From Opitutales bacterium (lineage in GTDB: Bacteria; Verrucomicrobiota; Verrucomicrobiia; Opitutales; UBA2987): a DNA stretch of 64,000 nucleotides. Below are positions 10,954 to 20,699 of the stretch, piece by piece (the first letter of the stretch is position 1; the number at the start of each line of letters is the position of its first letter). The stretch lies in the NCBI GenBank assembly GCA_021772535.1, contig JAJFLV010000025.1:5400-69399 (forward strand), given 5' to 3'. A program made the translations under genes and the position numbers. The notes under the pieces were generated by a model, which worked only from the letters and a program-made list of their open reading frames with translations, was not told the DNA's origin and ran no database searches.

Positions 10954-11212
10954 TGGTTGCCAAACTTAGCTCAATACTTCAAATTGACGCAGCAAATTAA
11001 GGTATTTTTCTCTTTGGAAGGCAATCTCCCCGTCATGGGTAATATCCCTGCTCAATCGGATCGCCTTTTAAACCATTTTAATGGATAAACCACCAGGGAA
11101 TTCAAATTTCCTGAATACCCAATAGGATAACTTCGAGGGTTTCGCTAAGATCATTTTTGGCTCTAACCGATAAGTATTTAAACTTATAGATCTTATCAAA
11201 TGTCTTAATATT

Positions 11213-11274
11213 CGAAACGAGTAAAAACAAAACTCTAATTGTTTACAATTCCTCGGTTCCTCTTCAAGGGTTTG
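11213..11274 (+). repeat. Putative recombination site A (left arm plus core)
   Basis: CGAAACGAG...AAACTCTAATTGTTTACAATTCCT-5nt-CCTCTTCAAGGGTTTG; homologous to sites B and C. Confidence 0.75.
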
Positions 11275-11522
11275 TGAATAAAAAGTAGAGTAAGTTTATT
11301 AACGATAAAACTTTTTTAGGATATTCTTAATAATCCGTCACAAGCTTGTACGGAAATTTCTGCATTTTTACTAACGTTATCATAAATGTTTTTGATGTTC
11401 TGAGAAATCGATAGTAACTTTTAAATATTCAACATAATCTAAAAACTTATGCAGATCAAGAACATGGACAACAACTTGGAGGTTTATAAGTTTTACACAT
11501 AGAAAGCTTATAGAAAATATTC

Positions 11523-11960
11523 ATGGGAGGTAAAAAACTTGCGGCAGGTATGCTAATTGTTAGTGCAGGTTTAGCAGGCATTGTTACATTAGGAATCGAG
11601 AGAACCCTTTTTAGGGAGCCATCAAGCTATATCAATGGTAAAGTTATCAAAGAATATGGTAATATAGAGCAAGCCATAGATGAAAATACACAATATGAAA
11701 AAGTAAATTATGGTATAATTGTCAAAACCGTTGATGGAAATTATACAATTAATATAAATTCAGAAGATCGAGCAGAGGATGGAGGGCCACAAGATATATA
11801 CAGTGTTGCAGCCACTATTCAAGTAGGGACGCGAATTAGATTCCCTAGACAACCCGGAAGCGTAATAAATAGGACCCGTGCAGACACATCGTCGGGTTTT
11901 TCATCTAGTAAAATAGGGATGCTTGATCCAGACGCAATTCAAATATTAGATCCAAATTAG
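11523..11960 (+). CDS. Hypothetical protein with N-terminal membrane anchor
   Basis: Hydrophobic N-terminus followed by a beta-rich domain; AT-rich codon usage. Confidence 0.65.
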   Translation: MGGKKLAAGMLIVSAGLAGIVTLGIERTLFREPSSYINGKVIKEYGNIEQAIDENTQYEKVNYGIIVKTVDGNYTININSEDRAEDGGPQDIYSVAATIQVGTRIRFPRQPGSVINRTRADTSSGFSSSKIGMLDPDAIQILDPN

Positions 11961-11967
11961 GATAAGT

Positions 11968-12855
11968 TTAAAATAATTTTTTGCAATCTATATAAAAATA
12001 TTCTCTTTGATTGGAAAAACGAACCATGGTTAATATCTTTAAAGTTATAATTACTAAAGAAACTTGAACAATTGTAAAAATAATTATAATTCTAAAATAT
12101 ATGGAGGCATATTGAACATGACTAAAAAATAAAAACATAAGAATAATTATTAAAATCGCAAACACTTTGCTGAGCGTAACTAGCCACTTCATTTTATTTT
12201 TCATGAATAATCTCCAGTGTTTTTCATAAATTTTTTTGTTATTATAATTTGTTGCTAATTTACAACATTCGAGTCGTTGGATAAAACGATGACAACTATC
12301 AGAATAAAATATTCCAAACGCCATCACGACTGACATTGTTATAACAAAAGCCTCATCTTTATCAATGGTAACGTTTTTGAAATAATAAAAAAGTCCTGCT
12401 CCTAATATAAAGTAATTTGCAAAGTACCCAATATTGCCTAAATGTTTCCAAGATCCAGGTAGTATCATATCTCTGAACTTTGCAGGTAAGACGTAATTAG
12501 CACCCAAGTGGACATTTGCCTTCTTTTCATGGTACTTTATTCTTTCTTGCCTCAAAACAAGGCAACTCTTAGAAAATAAGATGATATGAGAAATTTTGTG
12601 TGAAAGAAAAGACATAGCAAACCAACCAAGTAAAAATACTACTATCGTCATTCCTACCCCCGTTGCTGAAAGTTCCGGAGTGTCTTTTTTTCCGACTAAA
12701 AATCCTGAAATCGCAAAATAACCAGATAACACTGTTAGATATAGTTGAGTAACCCACTTAGACTGCTGTGTGTGTGAATTTAAACTATTCCATGATTCAT
12801 CGTATTCTCGATCGAGTAAGTAAATATAATTATGATCAGCATCCATATTTCCCAA
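11968..12855 (-). CDS. Multi-pass membrane protein (about 6 TM)
   Basis: Paired hydrophobic helices; 295-aa ORF in AT-rich DNA; start uncertain. Confidence 0.7.
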   Translation of the reverse strand: MGNMDADHNYIYLLDREYDESWNSLNSHTQQSKWVTQLYLTVLSGYFAISGFLVGKKDTPELSATGVGMTIVVFLLGWFAMSFLSHKISHIILFSKSCLVLRQERIKYHEKKANVHLGANYVLPAKFRDMILPGSWKHLGNIGYFANYFILGAGLFYYFKNVTIDKDEAFVITMSVVMAFGIFYSDSCHRFIQRLECCKLATNYNNKKIYEKHWRLFMKNKMKWLVTLSKVFAILIIILMFLFFSHVQYASIYFRIIIIFTIVQVSLVIITLKILTMVRFSNQREYFYIDCKKLF

Positions 12856-13000
12856 CCTATTTTTCCAATAGTCTTTTAAAGTACTCTTTTAATTTGAGAA
12901 AAGCCAATTAGAGCATCAATGTTCTTATGTCAACTAATATAATTTAGCATGTTCTGGTCCTAAATACTTAAAGCGAATGAAAGAAAAGCACTTACATTAA

Positions 13001-13252
13001 CTACCTTTTGTAAATCCTACTTCTTTTATCAAAAACTCTGACAAATACAATTTTCTCTTTATTATCAATATCAGCAAGAATCCTGTAATCCCCAATTCTC
13101 AGTTTATAATAATCTCCTTCAAAATGAGTTAGATACCTTGAGGGATATTCTGCTATCTTATCCAGCTTAATCAAAATTCTTTTCGCAATCTCCCTAGGCA
13201 GTTTTTCTAAATATTTGAGTGCTTTTTTATCCCACTCTATTGAATAAGTCAT
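13001..13252 (-). CDS. relE: RelE/ParE family type II toxin
   Basis: YSIEW...YKLRIGDYRIL...VFDKRSRIYK signature. Confidence 0.9.
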   Translation of the reverse strand: MTYSIEWDKKALKYLEKLPREIAKRILIKLDKIAEYPSRYLTHFEGDYYKLRIGDYRILADIDNKEKIVFVRVFDKRSRIYKR

Positions 13253-13446
13253 TTTCCAAGAATAATTTTCTTAACTTTTTGTTGAGATACGTAATCTGAT
13301 CTTTTTCTTGCTTCACTCAGCTCTTTTTTTGCCCAATCAGATAATTCTCCTTCATCATCTGATTCTCTTTTCAACAATAGGATATCTTTTATAAAAGCCA
13401 AATCTTTCTTTATTTCATCTAAATCCTTCGCTATTTGTTGTGCCAT
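13249..13446 (-). CDS. Cognate antitoxin (archaeal-type)
   Basis: ATGA overlap with relE; GELSDWAKKELSEARKR motif; paralogue at 33725. Confidence 0.8.
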   Translation of the reverse strand: MAQQIAKDLDEIKKDLAFIKDILLLKRESDDEGELSDWAKKELSEARKRSDYVSQQKVKKIILGK

Positions 13447-13538
13447 TTTAATTCTAATAAGAATTAGTTTATAAATTTATCCAACGAATTATAGATAAAT
13501 ATATATACAAGCACCACATAAATAATACACAAAGATTA

Positions 13539-13625
13539 GAACGAGTTAAAATTCAAAACTCTAAACGTTTACAATTCCTCCGAACCTCTTCAAGGGTTAT
13601 AGGAAATGTTAACTGTTGAGGGTTT
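13539..13625 (+). repeat. Putative recombination site B (full dyad)
   Basis: Left arm 13556-13579 and right arm 13601-13625 are inverted repeats (20/25 aligned matches) around core CCTCTTCAAGGGTT at 13585-13598. Confidence 0.8.
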
Positions 13626-13764
13626 ATCTCTTATTCCATAAAACTATAAAATTTATCAATAATATTATTCCTATAATAAATAATATAAGTCCAATAAATC
13701 CACCACTCAATATGCCTCTAACCCCAAATTCAACAACATCTTTAAACTCAGTCTCATTCATCAT
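13624..13764 (-). CDS. 46-aa single-TM protein (below ORF-track cutoff)
   Basis: Manual translation MMNETEFKDVVEFGVRGILSGGFIGLILFIIGIILLINFIVLWNKR; TATA-like TACTTATAAG upstream. Confidence 0.55.
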   Translation of the reverse strand: MMNETEFKDVVEFGVRGILSGGFIGLILFIIGIILLINFIVLWNKR

Positions 13765-13792
13765 ATAATCTCCAAATTATCTTATAAGTATA

Positions 13793-14035
13793 TTATCTAA
13801 CTCCAAGGGTTCTTCTTTTCTTATGTATTCCTCTATGTGTGCTCTTTTTCATAACTGATAGATTAGATTTTTGATTGTTGTCTTTATTGCCATCTTTATG
13901 ATGAACTTCATATCCTTTCCATATCCTTCCTCCAACTTTCTTTTCTGCTACTCTCTTATGGACTGAACGAGTTGTTCCATCACTATCTTTGAATACTTTA
14001 TATCCACTCTTATTTCTTCTAAACTTAAAAGCCAC
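13793..14035 (-). CDS. Small HNH endonuclease
   Basis: VHKRVA...EVHHKDGNKDNNQKSNL...HRGIH. Confidence 0.85.
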   Translation of the reverse strand: MAFKFRRNKSGYKVFKDSDGTTRSVHKRVAEKKVGGRIWKGYEVHHKDGNKDNNQKSNLSVMKKSTHRGIHKKRRTLGVR

Positions 14036-14080
14036 AAATATTAAGAGTAAAGATAATTTAAATATCTTCCTTAGCCTTAT

Positions 14081-14656
14081 TCAATTGAGTAAAGCAAAAA
14101 ACCAAGGAGTATATTTAGCAGCAATTAAACCTACCTGTTTTATTAACTCACCAGCATTTTCTCCACTTTCTTTTAACGTATTAAATTTTTCCAATATTCC
14201 AAATAATTTCTTTTTATTTGGTTCATCCAATTCATTATCGTTTTTTATTAATTGCCTTAGTACATTTATTTTAGAATTGTCCTGAACTTGAATTATAGGA
14301 GATTGGTTTCCTGTTGTTTGTGCAATTTGAAACTTCGAACTGTTGTTAACATTCGTTTGGCTATGAATATTCTGAGAAATTTCGGCCTTTTCCTTAAAAT
14401 AATCCCTTTCTCCCAAAATTACCTCCATACCTTTGTCTATTAATTTTATTTCATCATCTGATATCCAATGTTCGTTAATAAATAAAGGATTCTTCCAATT
14501 AATATATTCTTTTTTTATTAAGTATCTTAATAATTCTCTTAATTCATCTCCTTTTATATCACATCTTTTTTCCAATTGTTTAAATGAAATTTTTTCTTGT
14601 ACTTTATCTAACATTGCTAATACTTCCATACCATAAAGTAGTGTTTCGGATTCCAT
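14081..14656 (-). CDS. Hypothetical protein with N-terminal winged helix
   Basis: ISFKQLEKRCDI..ELRELLRYLIKKEYI wHTH-like segment; low-complexity linker; helical C-terminus. Confidence 0.65.
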   Translation of the reverse strand: MESETLLYGMEVLAMLDKVQEKISFKQLEKRCDIKGDELRELLRYLIKKEYINWKNPLFINEHWISDDEIKLIDKGMEVILGERDYFKEKAEISQNIHSQTNVNNSSKFQIAQTTGNQSPIIQVQDNSKINVLRQLIKNDNELDEPNKKKLFGILEKFNTLKESGENAGELIKQVGLIAAKYTPWFFALLN

Positions 14657-14667
14657 TTCTTTTTATT

Positions 14668-15120
14668 TTATATGTTACACTTAATAAACTCTTTTTTATG
14701 AGGAGTTGTTTCTCCCCACCATTCAATTTTCAATCCATTTTTTTCAATTATCTCATCAGTTAGATCAGTTCCTAAATCAAAAGACGAAACAGTATTTGGA
14801 GGAATAAAGTCACAATGGAATTTAACCCTATCATGAGAATCTACTTCTATTTCTCGAATTCTTTCACATTGCTCATCGACAAAATAGTCGGTACCATAAC
14901 TGTCCGTTTCAACACTCCAAAGGTAAATAAAAAAATTCTTCCCAGAAAAATCTGCTTTATTGTTAAAAAAGACTTCTAGTGTATAGTTTGCATTTAGTCC
15001 TTCTGAAATCTTACAACTAACATCTATATCAGTTGATGGTTTTAGTTGAGAAGGAATCCAAAGACCAATTAGTATAATTATTACTCCAAGAATTACTTGA
15101 ATTTTAATTTCTTTATTCAT
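14668..15120 (-). CDS. Membrane-anchored hypothetical protein
   Basis: N-terminal TM followed by a beta-rich domain. Confidence 0.65.
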   Translation of the reverse strand: MNKEIKIQVILGVIIILIGLWIPSQLKPSTDIDVSCKISEGLNANYTLEVFFNNKADFSGKNFFIYLWSVETDSYGTDYFVDEQCERIREIEVDSHDRVKFHCDFIPPNTVSSFDLGTDLTDEIIEKNGLKIEWWGETTPHKKEFIKCNI

Positions 15121-15251
15121 TTTTTAGGAATGTTCCAGGACCTCGATTTACATCTAGCGCATGAGATCGACAATTTTAGAGTTTTCCATTTGTGGTTACA
15201 CCTTTCACATTTACAAGAATATACTTTCCCTTTTTGAACTTTGTATGACAT
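15117..15251 (-). CDS. 44-aa zinc-ribbon protein (below ORF-track cutoff)
   Basis: Manual translation MSYKVQKGKVYSCKCERCNHKWKTLKLSISCARCKSRSWNIPKK; CxxC..W..CxxCxSxxW pattern; ATGA overlap with the next gene. Confidence 0.75.
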   Translation of the reverse strand: MSYKVQKGKVYSCKCERCNHKWKTLKLSISCARCKSRSWNIPKK

Positions 15252-15322
15252 ATTATTGCTTATACTACCAAAGTAGTAAAGTTTATATAGTTTATTGTTC
15301 TTTAGAATTTAAGCTAGTTCAC

Positions 15323-16081
15323 ATGAAAAAATTAATAATTAATGCTCCGATTAGAACGTTGATTTATCAATGTAATAAGTGGAGACCACACGCGATACCA
15401 ATAGATGAAATTGAAAATTTAATGGATGCTTTTGATAGACTTCCAAAACGTCACAAACTAAATGATAAAGATAAGTGGGCAGAATTTATAATTAAAAGAA
15501 ATAAAGTCATATTTGCTACAAGCTATTATCTAGCCCTAAGACCTCAAGAAGCGGTTGGTATACATCTTAATGATGTAACAAAAGATCAATTCGGTAGATA
15601 TTGGATTCAGATAAGAGGAGAAAACAATAAGAGAAAGAAGTCTAGGTTGTTACCAGTTCCTAAAGAATTAGCAATTATCTTTTATGGTTTCTTTAATGAG
15701 TTTAAGTATAAAGATTTCTGGAAAGATTCTAAGTGGGCCTTCCCTTCCTTTATGGGTAAGAATAAACATCTTGGTAGAGCAAGGTGGAATGATATCTTTC
15801 AGTTAGCGATAAAAGAAGCTGGTTTGTGGAGATCTCATCCGACAAAAGAAGGAAGAGGATTATATACAGCTCATTCTATAAGACATGCACGAGCGATACA
15901 TTTGCTTGAAGCAAGTAATTTCGATCTCTGGACCGTAGCAAATATCTTAGGTCATGGAAGAGTTGATGTTACTGCTTCTTACTTACATATGTGTCCTAGT
16001 ATTCAAGAACACATCTGTGATGTAATGAATGTTAGCTTAAAAGATAAGAAACATGGTCCCGTTATAGTCCCTAATTGTTAA
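15323..16081 (+). CDS. Tyrosine recombinase (XerC/D-like catalytic domain); probable start 15323
   Basis: LRPQE, K, HSIRH, LGH and Y catalytic residues; AAAGTTTATATA box upstream. Confidence 0.85.
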   Translation: MKKLIINAPIRTLIYQCNKWRPHAIPIDEIENLMDAFDRLPKRHKLNDKDKWAEFIIKRNKVIFATSYYLALRPQEAVGIHLNDVTKDQFGRYWIQIRGENNKRKKSRLLPVPKELAIIFYGFFNEFKYKDFWKDSKWAFPSFMGKNKHLGRARWNDIFQLAIKEAGLWRSHPTKEGRGLYTAHSIRHARAIHLLEASNFDLWTVANILGHGRVDVTASYLHMCPSIQEHICDVMNVSLKDKKHGPVIVPNC

Positions 16082-16313
16082 ATATAATTTTTATTTTTAA
16101 TTCTTTATGAAAAGCTCAGTCTGGATGTTGAAGTTACAAGAAGGAGAATTACGATTACATCCATTCTTGAAAGAAAAGAAAGATGAAATCAAAAGGAAAA
16201 AGAAAAGGAAAAAGTAAGATGATATATTTGAAAGTCCCCTTTATTGTTAAGGAAACTAAGAATAGTTACGACCTTGTCTGTCCTATTCATAAATTAGTTG
16301 TGGAGATTGCATA

Positions 16314-16727
16314 ATGGCTGCAGATATCTATAAATTTGTAGTTATAATAGCAGGATTAACAATTCTATTCACTTTATCAGGAATGGAAACTGGAATAGGA
16401 TTATTATTAGAAAAATCAGGAGTAGATATTGTAAAGAATCCTCAGAATATTGCTCTTAGTAATCTATCATCTACACTTATAGCAGTATTGGTAGCCGCAG
16501 GTGTTGGAGGTATTGCTATAGGATTCATAACAAAGACATCTCCCGTAAATTTCTTATTAGTAGGATACGCTACATTATTAATTAGTTTTGTAGCTGATAT
16601 TGTAGTTATAGCAAACTATGCGTTTAGCTTACAAGTTTGGGCTGGATGGGTTGTATTAGCTATTTTAACTCCCTTAGCATTTGGATACTTACACTCAGTT
16701 ATAAGTTGGTGGGGGGATAAAGCATGA
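16314..16727 (+). CDS. Multi-TM protein, putative viral membrane/structural protein
   Basis: About 4 TM helices; first of three co-oriented, closely spaced genes. Confidence 0.7.
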   Translation: MAADIYKFVVIIAGLTILFTLSGMETGIGLLLEKSGVDIVKNPQNIALSNLSSTLIAVLVAAGVGGIAIGFITKTSPVNFLLVGYATLLISFVADIVVIANYAFSLQVWAGWVVLAILTPLAFGYLHSVISWWGDKA

Positions 16728-16981
16728 GCTTCATAGAACCCTTAGACTTTTATCAGATCTTTGTAAATACTTTTGCAGGTAGTATCACAATCTTTAGTTT
16801 TGTTGGAATAGTTCTTATCTCTGGTTTAGCTGCAAGATTCAAGATGCCTAATATTGTCTTCGGAGTTATGTTAATTATATACGCAATGATTTTCTCTGAC
16901 TATGTCAAAGAATTATATTTAATAGCAATCCTAATAACTGGCTTCCTTGCGTTCAACGCATTTGCACAGTTATTCAAATAA
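16724..16981 (+). CDS. Small multi-TM protein, putative viral
   Basis: About 3 TM; ATGA overlap. Confidence 0.7.
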   Translation: MSFIEPLDFYQIFVNTFAGSITIFSFVGIVLISGLAARFKMPNIVFGVMLIIYAMIFSDYVKELYLIAILITGFLAFNAFAQLFK

Positions 16982-16983
16982 AT

Positions 16984-19398
16984 ATGGCTAAATCAATACC
17001 ACAACAACAGCAAAATCTTAGATTTGCGGCAGGATTACTAGGGCAACAAGAAACTCAAGTAGCAGCTAGGCAAGAAGAGATTAAGCAAGTTAAAGATCAA
17101 CTATTATTAGCTAGAAGTAAGTTATCAAGTCAGCAAGTTCTAAGAAATATAAGAGATCAAAACCAACAACAAAAGAGAAATCTAGCAGTTGCGCAAATTA
17201 GTCAAATAAGAGAAGAGGTAGAAAAGAAATCTAGAGAGATACAACCAATAGTTGCACAAATAACTGAAAGAAGAGGTTTAGTCCAGGAAGCCCAAGAACA
17301 ATTAGCTAAATTGGAAAAAGCAAGAAGAGAAGGGATTCCGTTATTAATAGAAGCAAGAGAGCAAGGAATTAATCAAGTTGTTCAATCTTTTGAAACAGAA
17401 CTGGGAAGACCTTTAACAGATGCGCAGAAACAAAATATTACTAAACAAATAATAAGCGGTCAAACTACTATTAAGATTCCCGCTACAAATCAATTCGGAC
17501 AACAAGACGGTAGGAATAATCTATTTTTCGAGAAGTTACCGACCATAGCACCACAATCTGTATTAGTTAATCAAAGTAATAAAGGTGTTTTATCTACAAT
17601 TGGAGAATCAATTACTAGCCGTTTTGCTCTTTCTGTTGGACAACCAACAGCAGCAGTTTCAAACATAACAAGTTTACCTCAATTAGTAAACGTAGTAGCA
17701 CAAAGAGAAAAAGATATTCTTGCTCAAAAGAAAGAGTTTGTTGCAAGAAATTTAAATGCTCCCATAAGAAACGTAACAGTAAATGAATTATTATCTACAA
17801 ATAAACAGATAGTTGAATTAGATGATAGAATTGGAGGGTTTGTTAAGGTAACACCAGAAGGTAATATAGAAAAAGATCTAACCAGAAGAATATTTGCGTT
17901 AAGAGATAGAGTTAGTGGAAATGTAGAAGTGATTAATACAAACGCTCCAAGATTAGCTGAATTAGTTGGAAGAGGAGTTCCCGCTCCTGCTGCAGCTGGT
18001 ATTGCTGGAGTTGATTTTCTAGTACAGCAATTAGATGAAAGATTTGTTGAACCAACTTTAGATAAAATAAGTATTCAAGAAGAATCAATATTAAGGAAAA
18101 AAATACCTTTTAGTTTTGGGGAATTGGCTGCTTTTATTGCTATTAGTCCTCTTATAGAAACCGCAGCTGCAGCTAGGGCAGTTTCCAAACAGAAGGCTAA
18201 ACCTAGTTCTCAGCAAGCTAACAAGAAAAAACTTGATGCCTTAAAGAAGAAATTAAAAGAATTAAGAGATGAGGAATTGAAAAAGTTTAGGGAAATACAG
18301 CGAAAAAACATAAAGAATAGTGCTTTAACTGAAACAGAAAAAGCTAATGCTTTATTGAGGTTAGACGCAACTATTTTAGAAGCTAAAACTGGTAGAAGTG
18401 TTATTACTGAATCTGGAGCAGTAGATCTTAGAGCAGTGGAAGAGGCCCTTGCTAGTTTAAGAAAAAGTAAAAAGAAACTACCAGAGATTTCAGAAGCCAC
18501 ACTAGAGTTTGCTTTAGAGAAAACACCCGCTCAATTAGAGGGTTCTGCTGCTGGATCTGGAATAGTCCAACAAAGTATATTCTTTAAAGAACCAGCAAGA
18601 CCTAAAATGGTTGGAGGAGAGGGAGTTGAAGAGAGCGAATTTGCTGGAACAGGACAGTTTGAGAGAACTGAAGAGTTAACTGGAATCGCTCAAGCAATTC
18701 AACCATTATCTAAAAGTAATTTATTCTTTAAGCAAGATACTAAACTTAATGCTTTACAAGATACATCTCAATCCCAATTACAAAGAACACAACAAAGCCA
18801 GGTACAAAAGCAATCTCAGAATGTATTAACATTACAAACTAATTTACTTGGACAATCAACTTCTCAAGTTCAGAGACAACAACAAAAACAGAGATTGGCT
18901 CAAGCACAAAGATCTGTACAAGCACAGAGACAATCTCAACTACAAGCATTAGGGCAAGGACAAGCATCTAAGTCACAAACAAGAAGTAAAGGAAAAAGGA
19001 AAATTAGGATCCCTCCACCATTTATTTTTTCTTTACCTGGAGGATTTGATAAAGAAGTTTTACTAAGCGCTGTAAGAAAAGTTAAAGGTGTGCAACCACA
19101 GATAAGACAAAAAGGGGCTTGGAGAGACTTAGGTAATCCAACTGACTTTCTTAAAGCTAAGAGAAAAGCAATTTCTTTTACAGATAAAAATCTTGCAGCC
19201 AGTTTTAGATTAAAGCTAGGAAGTAAGGTACTACCTATCGGTATCTTACCTCCTAGCTTTAGGCCCTCTAAATCAAATTCAAAAGTAGGTGTCGAGAAAC
19301 GAAGGTTTAGATTAGATTCTAGCTCGGAAGTAAATCAAATTTTAGGACTAAAGCGAAAAGCTAGTAAAAATTTAAATTTATTTAGGAAAAGGAGGTAA
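16984..19398 (+). CDS. 804-aa Gln/Lys-rich coiled-coil protein, putative virion-associated
   Basis: Long coiled coils, Q-rich tract, basic C-terminus (LAASFRLK...FRPSK...VEKRRFRLDS). Confidence 0.75.
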   Translation: MAKSIPQQQQNLRFAAGLLGQQETQVAARQEEIKQVKDQLLLARSKLSSQQVLRNIRDQNQQQKRNLAVAQISQIREEVEKKSREIQPIVAQITERRGLVQEAQEQLAKLEKARREGIPLLIEAREQGINQVVQSFETELGRPLTDAQKQNITKQIISGQTTIKIPATNQFGQQDGRNNLFFEKLPTIAPQSVLVNQSNKGVLSTIGESITSRFALSVGQPTAAVSNITSLPQLVNVVAQREKDILAQKKEFVARNLNAPIRNVTVNELLSTNKQIVELDDRIGGFVKVTPEGNIEKDLTRRIFALRDRVSGNVEVINTNAPRLAELVGRGVPAPAAAGIAGVDFLVQQLDERFVEPTLDKISIQEESILRKKIPFSFGELAAFIAISPLIETAAAARAVSKQKAKPSSQQANKKKLDALKKKLKELRDEELKKFREIQRKNIKNSALTETEKANALLRLDATILEAKTGRSVITESGAVDLRAVEEALASLRKSKKKLPEISEATLEFALEKTPAQLEGSAAGSGIVQQSIFFKEPARPKMVGGEGVEESEFAGTGQFERTEELTGIAQAIQPLSKSNLFFKQDTKLNALQDTSQSQLQRTQQSQVQKQSQNVLTLQTNLLGQSTSQVQRQQQKQRLAQAQRSVQAQRQSQLQALGQGQASKSQTRSKGKRKIRIPPPFIFSLPGGFDKEVLLSAVRKVKGVQPQIRQKGAWRDLGNPTDFLKAKRKAISFTDKNLAASFRLKLGSKVLPIGILPPSFRPSKSNSKVGVEKRRFRLDSSSEVNQILGLKRKASKNLNLFRKRR

Positions 19399-19405
19399 TT
19401 TAATC

Positions 19406-19606
19406 ATGGAAAAATCAGTTGGAATTTCTTGGATTTTCTATTATATTGGCGTTATATTTATTTCCTTTATGAATGGAGGGTTTTTTGCTACGGAACCAGT
19501 TATTAGTACAATAATATTCTCATTTGGAGCACCAATCCCTTTAGCGTTGATTGTGTTCTATATTTTAGAGAAACACGAGAAGAAGAAAGAGAGGGAAAAA
19601 GAGTAA
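19406..19606 (+). CDS. Small 2-TM protein
   Basis: GGAGG SD upstream; paralogue of the next gene. Confidence 0.65.
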   Translation: MEKSVGISWIFYYIGVIFISFMNGGFFATEPVISTIIFSFGAPIPLALIVFYILEKHEKKKEREKE

Positions 19607-19636
19607 GTTTATCTAGGAAAAAAGGATAATAAAACT

Positions 19637-19834
19637 ATGAAAAGATCACATCTAATTAGTTGGATTGTTTATTATATCTTTGTTATCTTAGTTTTTTTTA
19701 GAAGTGGTGGGTTTATCTGGCAAGAAGGCTGGAATGTTTATGGTTATATAATTGGTTCACTAATCTTTATATTTGGAGTTCCTATCATTCCCTCGCTGAT
19801 TCTCTTTTATATTTTAAGGAAATTCGATAAGTAA
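19637..19834 (+). CDS. Small 2-TM protein, paralogue of 19406
   Basis: Shared ISWIxYYI...GGF...FGxPI...LIxFYIL. Confidence 0.65.
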   Translation: MKRSHLISWIVYYIFVILVFFRSGGFIWQEGWNVYGYIIGSLIFIFGVPIIPSLILFYILRKFDK

Positions 19835-19923
19835 GCAATTATAGCTAGTTAAATATCACATATTCTTTTTGATTTGGGCTATTTCATAGTCATTTGTTAA
19901 TCTTTACATTAAACTATCCCAAA

Positions 19924-20511
19924 TCAATACATCCTTTCAGGAAAGAATCTTTGAGGAAGATTCCCTAGAATAGATCGCATTATCATTTTGTCCTTATGAG
20001 AGAAGACGTCGTTAGTTGCATAATCATCAGCAAGTTCTTTAGGAGTATGTCCTAAGTGTTGTGCTAACTTAAAGCCATCAACACCTAAAGCTAACATCCA
20101 AGAAGCAAAAGTCTTTCTTATATTATGACTAGAAAATTGATCTGGTTTATCTATTCCTGCTTTCTTAGATGCTTCTTTCAATCCAATGTTTAAAGCGTTG
20201 GTTGATAAGAACCTATGACTATCTATATTATTCTTTAACCAGTTCATAAATTTGGAAGAGACTGCAATGATTCTAGGTTCAGGGAATCTCTCCCCAAGTT
20301 TAGCTCGAACTTTTACATGCTCAATCACAATGTTGTTTCTTTCACTATCTAGATTTCTTTTCTTAATACCTCTACACTCTTCAATTCTTCTGCCTGTGTT
20401 AATCATTATCATAGTAGAATACCTTTGATTTTTATTGAGGTGGTCTAACATCTTCTCAAAATCACCAGGGAAAAAAAATCTTTTCTTAACTTCTTTTCTT
20501 TTGTTTACCAT
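19924..20511 (-). CDS. Minimal tyrosine recombinase (catalytic domain only)
   Basis: TGRRIEE, K, HNIRKTFASW, LGH, DYA; 195 aa. Confidence 0.85.
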   Translation of the reverse strand: MVNKRKEVKKRFFFPGDFEKMLDHLNKNQRYSTMIMINTGRRIEECRGIKKRNLDSERNNIVIEHVKVRAKLGERFPEPRIIAVSSKFMNWLKNNIDSHRFLSTNALNIGLKEASKKAGIDKPDQFSSHNIRKTFASWMLALGVDGFKLAQHLGHTPKELADDYATNDVFSHKDKMIMRSILGNLPQRFFPERMY

Positions 20512-20699
20512 TATTTTAATTCTAAAGCCTTCAAGATACGCTTTACGTTTTCATCTAAAAATACAACATCTTCTCTCGCGAGCTTCTGTAAGAATCTACC
20601 TAAAGATCCCCTACCTTCAAACCCAGCACGTTTTGCTTTATGGATTAGCCTTTGCTTATCTTCTGGGTAAAGCCATGCTTTAACTATTAGTTTATTCAT
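20511..20699 (-). CDS. Ribbon-helix-helix-like DNA-binding protein
   Basis: Beta-strand plus two helices pattern; overlapping operon. Confidence 0.55.
   Translation of the reverse strand: MNKLIVKAWLYPEDKQRLIHKAKRAGFEGRGSLGRFLQKLAREDVVFLDENVKRILKALELK

Noticed and set aside
11121-11142. AGGATAACTTCGAGGGTTT as a fourth full site
   Set aside because: Resembles a right arm or core relic near the GC shift but lacks the conserved arm-core spacing; too short to call
15161-15322. N-terminal extension of the 306-aa recombinase ORF
   Set aside because: Overlaps an opposite-strand Zn-ribbon gene and the promoter; ATG 15323 is more plausible
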